From Patescibacteria group bacterium (GTDB lineage Bacteria; Patescibacteriota; Microgenomatia; UBA10105; UBA927), in assembly GCA_035510735.1 (NCBI GenBank), contig DATKGN010000007.1, forward strand, positions 105 through 64,104: a stretch of 64,000 nucleotides of DNA, written 5' to 3'. This document shows positions 48,373-56,806 of this stretch, piece after piece. A program made the translations under genes and the position numbers. Within the stretch, counting starts at the first letter, position 1, and each line of letters opens with the position of its first letter. The notes below the pieces were generated by a model that did no database searches, had not been told where the DNA came from, and saw only the letters and a list, made by a program, of their open reading frames with translations.

Positions 48373-49536
48373 ATGACAGGTTCGATTGAAGCACCAGGTG
48401 AAGAATCAAACATTCGGCTGACTTCCGATGTGATTGACGCACTAGCGGATCAACAGATGTCAGCCGATGATGAACTGTTGAATGAACCGTTGGGTAAGGG
48501 AGACGAATCCGAAGATTCATTGAAAAATATACCGGAACCAACGGACAATGAGCTCGCCGAAGTTGAGGAAGAAGAACCTGAACAAGATGACATACTACTT
48601 GATGATGACCTCAAAGACATCGATATAAGTGACGGCGTCGGGCTTTATATGAAAGAGGTTCAACGCACTCCCCTCTTGGATCATCAAGGTGAAATAGATT
48701 TAGCAATGCGTATGGAAAAAGGAAAAATGGCCCGGGAAGAATTCGCAAAAAAAACAACACATATTAGCAACGAGAGAAGGATAGAGCTCCGTAAATTAAG
48801 TCAAGATGGATACGCAGCAAGCGAGAACTTGATTAATGCAAACGCACGCCTGGTGATGAGCGTTGCAAAAAAATACATGGGCCGTGGTATGCCGTTCCTG
48901 GACCTTATCCAAGAAGGAAACATCGGTCTCATCCGCGCGGTGAAAAAATTTGAATATCGTCGCGGCCATAAATTTAGTACCTACGCGACCTGGTGGATAC
49001 GCCAGGCGGTTACCCGCGCAATCGCAGACAACGGCCGTACAATCCGTATACCGGTACATGAGGGAGATATGATCAATAAATTGTTACGTATCCAACATGT
49101 GTTAACGCAAAAGTTCGGTCGCGAACCTTCTATTGATGAACTCGCTAAGGCAATGCATCGCTCCACGAAAAAAATAACCGATATGCTACGAGAAGCAGAG
49201 CTCGCTATTTCCTTTGAAACGCCGGTTGGTGATGAAGAAGACTCCGTCCTTGGTGATTTTATTGAAGATGAAAGTTCCAATAGCAATCCAGTGGACGAGG
49301 CAACGAGACGCATGCTTCGCGAAAAACTTGCTGAAGTAGTAACAGGCTTACCTCCAAGAGAGGTCACGGTTCTTCAATTACGCTATGGGCTCGTTGACGG
49401 AAAGGGGCATACACTTGAAGAAGTAGGTCATATGATGGGTATTACGCGGGAGCGAGTCCGTCAAATCGAAGGGCAGGGTTTATCACGATTACGTCACCCA
49501 GGAACGAGACGCGAGCTACGGGATTTTTTAGGTTAG
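48373..49536 (+). CDS. rpoD: RNA polymerase sigma-70 factor, primary-type paralog 2 (canonical region 4.2)
   Basis: 'DLIQEGNIGLIRAVKKFEYRRGHKFSTYATWWIRQAVTRA'; region 4.2 'HTLEEVGHMMGITRERVRQIEGQGLSRLRHP'; the track start 48343 is a TTG, the likely ATG is 48373 (MTGSIEAPG) with the same 'atatgaca' context as paralog 1. Confidence 0.9.
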   Translation: MTGSIEAPGEESNIRLTSDVIDALADQQMSADDELLNEPLGKGDESEDSLKNIPEPTDNELAEVEEEEPEQDDILLDDDLKDIDISDGVGLYMKEVQRTPLLDHQGEIDLAMRMEKGKMAREEFAKKTTHISNERRIELRKLSQDGYAASENLINANARLVMSVAKKYMGRGMPFLDLIQEGNIGLIRAVKKFEYRRGHKFSTYATWWIRQAVTRAIADNGRTIRIPVHEGDMINKLLRIQHVLTQKFGREPSIDELAKAMHRSTKKITDMLREAELAISFETPVGDEEDSVLGDFIEDESSNSNPVDEATRRMLREKLAEVVTGLPPREVTVLQLRYGLVDGKGHTLEEVGHMMGITRERVRQIEGQGLSRLRHPGTRRELRDFLG

Positions 49537-49560
49537 TTTTCATCTTTCTAATCAAACCAT

Positions 49561-50250
49561 ATGGCCGCTGAACTTGATAAGCCTCAGCTATATACCGAAA
49601 CCGATCTGGATCCAAAAATATTTAAAACACCCACGCATCTCATGGAGATTCTTCTCCCCTGGGCTAAAACATGCCCGCCGCCCGGAACAGTTATCGACCT
49701 GGCGGCTGGCCTTGGTACCGAGGTTTTGGCCCTCGAACAGGCGGGCATTCCGGTTATTGGGCAGGAGGGCGGAGAGTACATACATGCGGTCACGACATTA
49801 CAGAAGGGATTGGCAGAGAAGCTCGATCAATATCCCGATCATTCATTTGGCGGGGCATTCCTCAAGGACACATGGCTACTTCTTTCCCCTTCGCAACGCA
49901 GGGAAATGCTCACGGGCCTTAAGCGCATACTACAACCACAAGGATCACTCCTTCTCATCTCCGAAATAATTTCCGAGTATCATGCCCGGGGCAGCAAAAC
50001 TGGTGAAATTGTGGCCCACGATTACCCATCGTGGCGTGCGGGTGTCAGTCTCATCCAATCTAATGAAGGCCTTGAGACAATCAATTATCTGAGTACGCCC
50101 GAAGACACACGATGTACGGCCGAGGAAAACGGATATGAATTTACTCTTATCCGAGAGTATCCTAAAACTGACCCGCTTGCACGGGAAAACCGGTGGACGC
50201 CGGGTGACGGATTTATTGCAAAACTGACACCAAAGACGGGAGAGGAGTAG
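49561..50250 (+). CDS. hypothetical protein, possible class I methyltransferase-like fold, paralog 1
   Basis: 'VIDLAAGLGTEVLALEQAGIPVIGQEGG' (motif I-like) and 'GSLLLISE'; collinear with 50387..51091 (both have 'DDPLARENRW'). Confidence 0.4.
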   Translation: MAAELDKPQLYTETDLDPKIFKTPTHLMEILLPWAKTCPPPGTVIDLAAGLGTEVLALEQAGIPVIGQEGGEYIHAVTTLQKGLAEKLDQYPDHSFGGAFLKDTWLLLSPSQRREMLTGLKRILQPQGSLLLISEIISEYHARGSKTGEIVAHDYPSWRAGVSLIQSNEGLETINYLSTPEDTRCTAEENGYEFTLIREYPKTDPLARENRWTPGDGFIAKLTPKTGEE

Positions 50251-50386
50251 CGAATCCACCGCCCCAGATGCTCTTTTTGACGATATATAACTACATCTAT
50301 ATATATTAATATATATCTTATGAACTCGCCTCAATTGCACTCCACTATCCTCCTTTTTCTTGTCAATAAGACCCTAGATCACTATA

Positions 50387-51091
50387 ATGCTCTTCGCTAT
50401 GATCGAGTGTGAAAAACCACAGCTTTTTATCAGCGCCTCCCAAAATTCAAGAATGTTTGAACCGCAGCCGCGCTGTATGGATATTATCAAAGACTGGGCG
50501 CGGTTATGCCCGCCGTCTCCTTTGGGGATTCTTGATCTTGCTGCCGGATATGGGGTGGAAGTCCAGGCGTTAAAAGACGAAGGAATTCCCGTCATCGGTC
50601 AGGAAGGCTCGTCCGATATGCGTAAACATGCAGTAACCAAACTCTACAACGGTCTCGTGGAAGATCTTCATCTTCACCAGGACGGTGCATTCGGCGGCGC
50701 ACTCCTCAAAGATACGTTGATCTTCCTTACCCCGAAACAGCGGGAATTCATGTTTACGGGTGTACGGCGTATTCTCACGCCCGGTGGATCATTTCTTATC
50801 ATCTCAGAATTGTATGATCTTGACGACGTTATACGGAATTCGAGTGATAACATCTGGGTTTTTGCTTATGACGAAAAAGAGGGAAGAAACTACAAAAAAC
50901 AGGTGATCTCCCGCACTATTTGTACGCCGGAAAAAGTTGAGCAGTATGCCAAAAAATATAACTTTTCCTACGAACTTGTACGTTCATACGGCCGTGACGA
51001 TCCGCTCGCCCGGGAAAATCGCTGGATGGCGCATGATGGGTTTATCACGAAACTCACTCTGGGAACGTCCTATTCAGCCACATCAAGATGA
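50387..51091 (+). CDS. hypothetical protein, paralog 2 of 49561..50250
   Basis: 'ILDLAAGYGVEVQALKDEGIPVIGQEGS', 'GSFLIISE', 'DDPLARENRW'. Confidence 0.4.
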   Translation: MLFAMIECEKPQLFISASQNSRMFEPQPRCMDIIKDWARLCPPSPLGILDLAAGYGVEVQALKDEGIPVIGQEGSSDMRKHAVTKLYNGLVEDLHLHQDGAFGGALLKDTLIFLTPKQREFMFTGVRRILTPGGSFLIISELYDLDDVIRNSSDNIWVFAYDEKEGRNYKKQVISRTICTPEKVEQYAKKYNFSYELVRSYGRDDPLARENRWMAHDGFITKLTLGTSYSATSR

Positions 51092-51156
51092 ACCGTATCA
51101 ATTGTCAGCCGCCATTTGCAAGTATATTTGGGTGGAATTTCAGTCAAAAATGCGTT

Positions 51157-51894
51157 TTAGCCTATCGGTACGAGGCGACTTGTACCCACATGACGTCGTA
51201 TATGTACTCTATTTATCGTCCATGCATTTGTATACCGCTGAAGTAGATCACGCAAACGATTAATACTTGAAAACAAATAATCAGAAGTACCAAATACTTC
51301 ATTAATGAGCATGCGATTATTAACAACTTGCTTATTGAGATACCCAAACGAAAGAGCGGTTAATAATGCATGAAGGTCATCGGTGAGAAGCGGCATTGCT
51401 TCAGGTGAACCGGGGAAAAACGATGCTTTGCCCATCATGTCAAAAAGGGAAATCAGTTTGTCTTGACGGTCCTTTGGCCCATTCCACTGGGGCAAAGGCC
51501 TGAAACCATCAATCTTCACGAGGGTCATCTCTGAAACCCGAGGGTATACGGCGTATCCCTCATCAGTAACCGAATACAACTCCTCTAGATATCCCTTCTC
51601 TCGCAATTTCGCGCGGACTTGATCCGCGTATGCATTAATTTGAAATTTACCCGGCAAACCCTCCCAGCCCGGATTTTTCACAATCGTATCAAAGGGGATA
51701 AAATCACTCGTCGGAACCGAACTCACCGGTTCGATTTTCCACCCTTCCTGCAATGTCTTTCTTGATTCCAGTAACGTCATATATATTTTGAACAAAAAAA
51801 GCTCCCTATCTTTGGGAGCTTCGGATTTGTTCTTTTTGTTGATTCTAGCAAACCATCCGGGCTCCCTCCGCTTCAAGGATTGTTTTAAGTACAA
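51157..51894 (-). CDS. hypothetical protein (245 aa)
   Basis: ORF. Confidence 0.4.
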   Translation of the reverse strand: MYLKQSLKRREPGWFARINKKNKSEAPKDRELFLFKIYMTLLESRKTLQEGWKIEPVSSVPTSDFIPFDTIVKNPGWEGLPGKFQINAYADQVRAKLREKGYLEELYSVTDEGYAVYPRVSEMTLVKIDGFRPLPQWNGPKDRQDKLISLFDMMGKASFFPGSPEAMPLLTDDLHALLTALSFGYLNKQVVNNRMLINEVFGTSDYLFSSINRLRDLLQRYTNAWTINRVHIRRHVGTSRLVPIG

Positions 51895-51982
51895 TAATTC
51901 GCCCGAACGTCTTCATACTCGTGTCTGTATAATAGCATACACATCTATGTCTGACAATATGGATATTTTAGGAGGAAATCGG

Positions 51983-53362
51983 CTACAAATTCCGTTTATC
52001 GGGGAGCATCTGCTTTTTAAGCGAAGCCATCCGTCGCGACAGTCTTTTATCCAAATCCTCATACATAACATCATTAAACATCGATCCTGCTCCGCCCCAG
52101 AACGATTTACTGCGCTGTAGCGCTTCCTGATCGGATTTTGAGAGCGCATTCCACCGTGCCTCAATAAGGTCAATCCATGACTTCGTGATTTCAACGGAGT
52201 GCTTCCGTAGAAATACCCGTTTTGTATCAAACAAATTCTCTTCGGTTACCCGTATTTCATGCTCACCCACCTTCACCTCAAACAGGTCATCTGTCTCACG
52301 ACTCCAAAGTTCATTACAAACGACAAACAGAGCATCCTCCGATATCTCGCCCTTAAACAGAAGTTCCACCCAAAGAGCCTGAACGTCGGCGGCGCTAATG
52401 CCGACTGTGCGGGCAAAATCCGTAAATCCTATCCCGTGGTATTCAATCGGTCCGCTGTACCCGCCGCCAGAGGGTTTTTTGAAAAACATAGCATTCAACG
52501 CAAGTAACACCCCTTGAAGATCCTTATTTTCCGGGTGTTCGCGGATTACGTCTCCTATATGCCGTTCCATAAGCTCACCGGCCACTCGCTTTTGTTCGGC
52601 AACCAGCCCTGAATATATATGATCGGGAATCATCTCATCTATCTTCTGTGCCAACTTCACCCGGTCTACCATGGCACCAGCCGCCGGCAGCATCTCCGCT
52701 TCGCCCGCAGTGGCCGCCTGCAAATCTGTAACAATCTCTTTGGCCCGCACAATGATTTTCCCATTTATTTTTTTATCTCTTGCGGGGTGCGAATAATCCG
52801 TGTGTTCAGTGGACTGGGTAAGCTTGTCGACGTCAGCCCACGATTTCACGGATGCCATATCTATATGATCAACAAACTCGGTAAACCGCGCCGAAAGCGT
52901 TTCACCGGATGCAGCCGACGGGAAATACGCGGCTGCGTATTTGGCGCCGTCAATGGCTTTTGTGATAAATTCTTCAAATGGAATTGGCGATTTGATGGGG
53001 TTGAGCAAATACCTCGCACCATCTGATTTGTTGGCATTTCGTCTCACCGTCCACGAAAAATAGGAGTATTGGTCGGTACCTTTCGGCGCATTCCAATAGG
53101 CAGCTGCCGCGGCCATCCATTTATATCCTTCAGCAAATTGTTGAAGGTCGCCGGTCGTATCGAGTAATCCGCCCTCATCACAGATGGGCATTATAAGAGT
53201 AATGAGCGCGTTATGTTCTTCGTCCGACAGCACACGGCCAAAATAGCGGGGATCAAACGCCGGAATAGTCCCCGCCTGCACCTGGGCTTGTAGGGCCTCG
53301 GATTCTTTGACAATGTTAAAAATAGGCGCACCTTCATCCATATATTTACCTGTTACGACCAA
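51983..53362 (-). CDS. hypothetical protein, paralog family B (tandem copy 2)
   Basis: Collinear with 53346..54764 ('IPAFDPRYFGRVLSDEEHNALI' vs 'IIPPFDPRYLDHSLSEGERSLV'; 'PIPFEEFITKAIDGAKYAAAYFP' vs 'PLTIDDFITEALYGAAFARNRFP'); 17-nt overlap with the upstream copy. Confidence 0.5.
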   Translation of the reverse strand: MVVTGKYMDEGAPIFNIVKESEALQAQVQAGTIPAFDPRYFGRVLSDEEHNALITLIMPICDEGGLLDTTGDLQQFAEGYKWMAAAAAYWNAPKGTDQYSYFSWTVRRNANKSDGARYLLNPIKSPIPFEEFITKAIDGAKYAAAYFPSAASGETLSARFTEFVDHIDMASVKSWADVDKLTQSTEHTDYSHPARDKKINGKIIVRAKEIVTDLQAATAGEAEMLPAAGAMVDRVKLAQKIDEMIPDHIYSGLVAEQKRVAGELMERHIGDVIREHPENKDLQGVLLALNAMFFKKPSGGGYSGPIEYHGIGFTDFARTVGISAADVQALWVELLFKGEISEDALFVVCNELWSRETDDLFEVKVGEHEIRVTEENLFDTKRVFLRKHSVEITKSWIDLIEARWNALSKSDQEALQRSKSFWGGAGSMFNDVMYEDLDKRLSRRMASLKKQMLPDKRNL

Positions 53363-54764
53363 TTATGCGTGCAAAAAAAGGTTTATTTTGAGGGATCATA
53401 CGGCGCTCCATAGCGTCAATACGATTTCGTATTTCAACACTATAATCATCTGTAACCCGCATCCGATGTAAAGACCCGAACAGTAGTTGTAAACTCTCAC
53501 GGAATCTCTCATCCCAGATGAGTTTGCTGCGGCCGCGTCGACCGAGCTCGCGCCACTTCTCTTCGATGTCGTCAATCCAGTTTATGACCCGCGGAGTCGA
53601 TTCACGCTCTTCAAAGTGTATAAATTCCCAAAACTTCAACTTCCGGCTTACGGTCAGTTCTCCTCTTTCGATCTTATCCTCAAACCGCTCGATCTCCTCG
53701 CGCTTCCAAAGGTTTTGAGCGAGTGTAAATAAATCAGGGCCGGTATACTGCGCACGGAAGACCATATTCATGAGTAACTCCCGGATATCATCAAACCGGA
53801 TATTTTCACGCCAGAAAATATCCACCAGACTCATATCTGTCTGTGGAGTTATTCCCTCCTCATCTTCCGGGTTCGGCAACCGCTCCTCTTTTTGTGGGAA
53901 CCATACTCCGAGCTGACACAGTGTTTGCCCTACCAACTCACCCACCGATTCATCCAACATGATCTCCCGAATGTGATGGGAGAAATATTCAGCAATATGG
54001 TCGCGCGTCCTCGTGCTTACTGTGCTCTGGTGGTCCCGACGAAAGTTGTCTATATGCGACGCAATTATGAGAGCGTCACCCATGAGATCGGTCATCAATA
54101 CAAGATCCGGTTCTGCTTTATATACGTGCTCAAGCGCCGATACAACATCGTCGCTCTTCGTAACAAGCAGCGTTGCAAAAAGTCGTTCATGAATAGGGAG
54201 ATCTTCAGAAAACGACTTTGTGATATGAGCAGTCACACCGATCAGTCTTTGTATTGTGTTCCTGTCGGAGATTTCAAAATTCAGACGTTTCGTAAATTCC
54301 TGCATTCTTGATTCTATGACCTCATCCGTCGCCTCTCCGGGGAAACGATTACGGGCAAATGCTGCGCCATATAGCGCTTCAGTAATAAAGTCGTCTATTG
54401 TAAGCGGGGCCTTCTCGTTTTCAAAAAGAAAATTGGCCCCGCGTATTTTTTCCAGATTGTTAGATCGGAGCAGCAGAATATTCTGATAGGTGTTTGAATC
54501 ATGATCTGGTTTTCTATACTCTATAATACCCAGAAGCCATCCATCTGCGTCCATAACCTGCTTCGGATCAGTGGTAGTGTACAGAAGCCCCTGCGTCAGA
54601 CCGCCCCCGTCTATTGCGCGAAAGATATCATTTACAAGAGAACGTTCTCCTTCACTCAATGAGTGGTCCAGATAACGGGGGTCAAACGGAGGAATGATAC
54701 CGGCCTGCAGCTGGGCTTCAATTGTATTGGACTGAGCGATGATGGTTTTTTCGTCTTCAGGCAT
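53346..54764 (-). CDS. hypothetical protein, paralog family B (tandem copy 1)
   Basis: See 51983..53362. Confidence 0.5.
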   Translation of the reverse strand: MPEDEKTIIAQSNTIEAQLQAGIIPPFDPRYLDHSLSEGERSLVNDIFRAIDGGGLTQGLLYTTTDPKQVMDADGWLLGIIEYRKPDHDSNTYQNILLLRSNNLEKIRGANFLFENEKAPLTIDDFITEALYGAAFARNRFPGEATDEVIESRMQEFTKRLNFEISDRNTIQRLIGVTAHITKSFSEDLPIHERLFATLLVTKSDDVVSALEHVYKAEPDLVLMTDLMGDALIIASHIDNFRRDHQSTVSTRTRDHIAEYFSHHIREIMLDESVGELVGQTLCQLGVWFPQKEERLPNPEDEEGITPQTDMSLVDIFWRENIRFDDIRELLMNMVFRAQYTGPDLFTLAQNLWKREEIERFEDKIERGELTVSRKLKFWEFIHFEERESTPRVINWIDDIEEKWRELGRRGRSKLIWDERFRESLQLLFGSLHRMRVTDDYSVEIRNRIDAMERRMIPQNKPFFARIIGRNR

Positions 54765-54931
54765 ATATTTCGCGATAACGAGCGTATCATAACATTATTA
54801 TAGGTTTTTTCAAGGAGAAATATGACGAAATGTAATATATATTACAATATAATTGTATTATAGGTTCTCTTTGAGCGCACTTCCTCCTCTTTCGGTACCT
54901 GCGCGGCCATAGTGATGATATACTTACACTC

Positions 54932-55798
54932 ATGGAAACGACAATACTCAAATCTGTCCAACAATCAATTAAAACTGAAAAAGAGCGCGAATATTTTCTC
55001 ATCCACGTGGAGCGGTATAGGGTGATATTGGAGGAGATAGAGAAAATCAATCAGAGCGCGAAGGCAGATGGTAGAGCATCGAACATAGGAGTAGAAGATA
55101 GACGATCGAAGGTAGATAAAACAAATCGATCCTCCATTCTCAATCCTCAACAACCATCCTCTACACTCCATCCTCTATCTTCTCGTCGTATTCGCGTTCT
55201 CGATGTCGGCTGTTTCCCCTACCACCTCGGAGCGGCACTGGAAATGATGAATCATGAAGTCTACGGAATTTCATCATCCCACGAACCGATAAAAAGTTCC
55301 CGCATTAAAATTTGCAATATCGAAAAAGACACGTTTCCTTTCAAAGATAATTTTTTCGACCTCGTCATCTGCACTGAGGTCCTCGAACATCTCCCGCAGT
55401 CCCCGCTCCATGCCATTCGTGAAATGCATCGCGTCACTGCGCCCCGGGGGCATGTGTTCCTGACCACCCCTAACATCGCCCGATCAATCAACCGGGCAAA
55501 AATTTTGTTAGGGAAAAGTGTCACATACCCTCTTCATCAGCTCCTGGAAAACGACGGAGAAGGGAGTAACATTTATCACCGGCACAACCGGGAATACACT
55601 TTATCGGAGGTAACGACATTGATGAGACATGGGTATTGGAATGTCGTGAAAGCAACTCATTTTGTCAGTTATACTCCAATGCGCAGGCGTGTTATCCCCG
55701 ATTCTCTGCTTTTAAAAGCCGGAAAATACGCCAATTACGTCCTCATGATGTTTCTGTCGTCTTTGCGGGATACACTTCTTGTCATTGGAGAGAAATAG
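54932..55798 (+). CDS. class I SAM-dependent methyltransferase (Methyltransf_11-like)
   Basis: Motif I 'RVLDVGCFPYHLG', post-I 'EVYGISS', motif II/III 'FDLVICTEVLEHLP', 'PRGHVFLTTPN'. Confidence 0.75.
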   Translation: METTILKSVQQSIKTEKEREYFLIHVERYRVILEEIEKINQSAKADGRASNIGVEDRRSKVDKTNRSSILNPQQPSSTLHPLSSRRIRVLDVGCFPYHLGAALEMMNHEVYGISSSHEPIKSSRIKICNIEKDTFPFKDNFFDLVICTEVLEHLPQSPLHAIREMHRVTAPRGHVFLTTPNIARSINRAKILLGKSVTYPLHQLLENDGEGSNIYHRHNREYTLSEVTTLMRHGYWNVVKATHFVSYTPMRRRVIPDSLLLKAGKYANYVLMMFLSSLRDTLLVIGEK

Positions 55799-55832
55799 AC
55801 TGAAAGGACGGGCCGGGGGAATACGCTTACTT

Positions 55833-55915
55833 TGTCATTGCGAGCCCATTCCGATGGCGAAGCAATCTATAATTTACGGGATTGCCACGTCTCGAAGACT
55901 CGACTCGCAATGACA
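55833..55915. mobile_element. ~83-bp intergenic palindromic element, termini 'tgtcattgcgag' / 'ctcgcaatgaca', internal hairpin 'gcaatc...gattgc'
   Basis: Seen directly; same TGTCAT...ATGACA architecture as the lepA in-frame element; a right-half fragment ('gattgcttcgcc...ggcctcgcaatgaca') occurs at 7581..7607. Confidence 0.55.
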
Positions 55916-55984
55916 TAAACAATCCACGCAAAATTGGAGTGCACTGAAAAAAGCGTTTACATGTCCGCAAATACTAAAAACTAA

Positions 55985-56749
55985 TTACTGGTTTTTCAGA
56001 AGTACTTTTGGTGTCGGGGTTGCAATTGACGTTGCTGCACCGGCGACTGCGGGAGTCCCCGCCTTCGTTGCCTCGCCTGCAGGCGAGGCAGAGCTTGTTG
56101 CAGCCGGGGTGTTTTGTGCAACGGGCGTCGGGGTCACCGGTCTGATAAATCCAACCTCGACAATGCGGTCGCGGACCGGATCGTACAAAATTGCCCGTTT
56201 TGAAAATACAAGCACCTTATCCCCATCTACCGCATTGGCATAAAACGGCTCCTGCTTGAGACTCGCGGCATTGGTGATCGTCGTCACAATCGGCGTCTCA
56301 TTGGGCAAATCCATGTGACGCCGCACCTGATCAATGAGCGTACTTGTCTGAAACTCCGTATACACCGTCGGCGATGCTTTTTCAAGGGCACTCAGTTTTT
56401 GCTGAGAATTCCAGTACAGATACACGCTGGTGCCGACGGTCCCGAAAATCAAAAGAAGAGCAATAACAATAAAAAACGTTTTCACCGGATTCCGCCTTGA
56501 CCGGAACTCACGCTGCGGAGCGGGCTTCGGAGCCCGTTGGGGCGCGGTTCTTTGCTGTGGCTCATGTTGAACGACCACAGGTTGACTGACTGGTTGAGGC
56601 GCTACTGCCTGCTCAACGGGTGCAACTGGTTGCGGCGTCACCAGGGTCGGCTGGCCTCCGGCCTGCATCTCTGCCTCCATGCTGAACGATGCGCGTTTAA
56701 CGCCTTTGATAAATCTTCGTGATGATGGATGATCCGGTGTATCTGTCAT
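55985..56749 (-). CDS. single-pass membrane protein with Pro/Gln-rich N-terminal region (254 aa)
   Basis: TM 'FFIVIALLLIFGTVGTSVYLYW'; last gene of a minus-strand cluster with the M23 and collagen-like genes. Confidence 0.45.
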   Translation of the reverse strand: MTDTPDHPSSRRFIKGVKRASFSMEAEMQAGGQPTLVTPQPVAPVEQAVAPQPVSQPVVVQHEPQQRTAPQRAPKPAPQREFRSRRNPVKTFFIVIALLLIFGTVGTSVYLYWNSQQKLSALEKASPTVYTEFQTSTLIDQVRRHMDLPNETPIVTTITNAASLKQEPFYANAVDGDKVLVFSKRAILYDPVRDRIVEVGFIRPVTPTPVAQNTPAATSSASPAGEATKAGTPAVAGAATSIATPTPKVLLKNQ

Positions 56750-56806
56750 AGGCTACTTTTTCCGTGAACCTGTTATACCATATTTTCCCTTCCGGCAATA
56801 CCCCCA

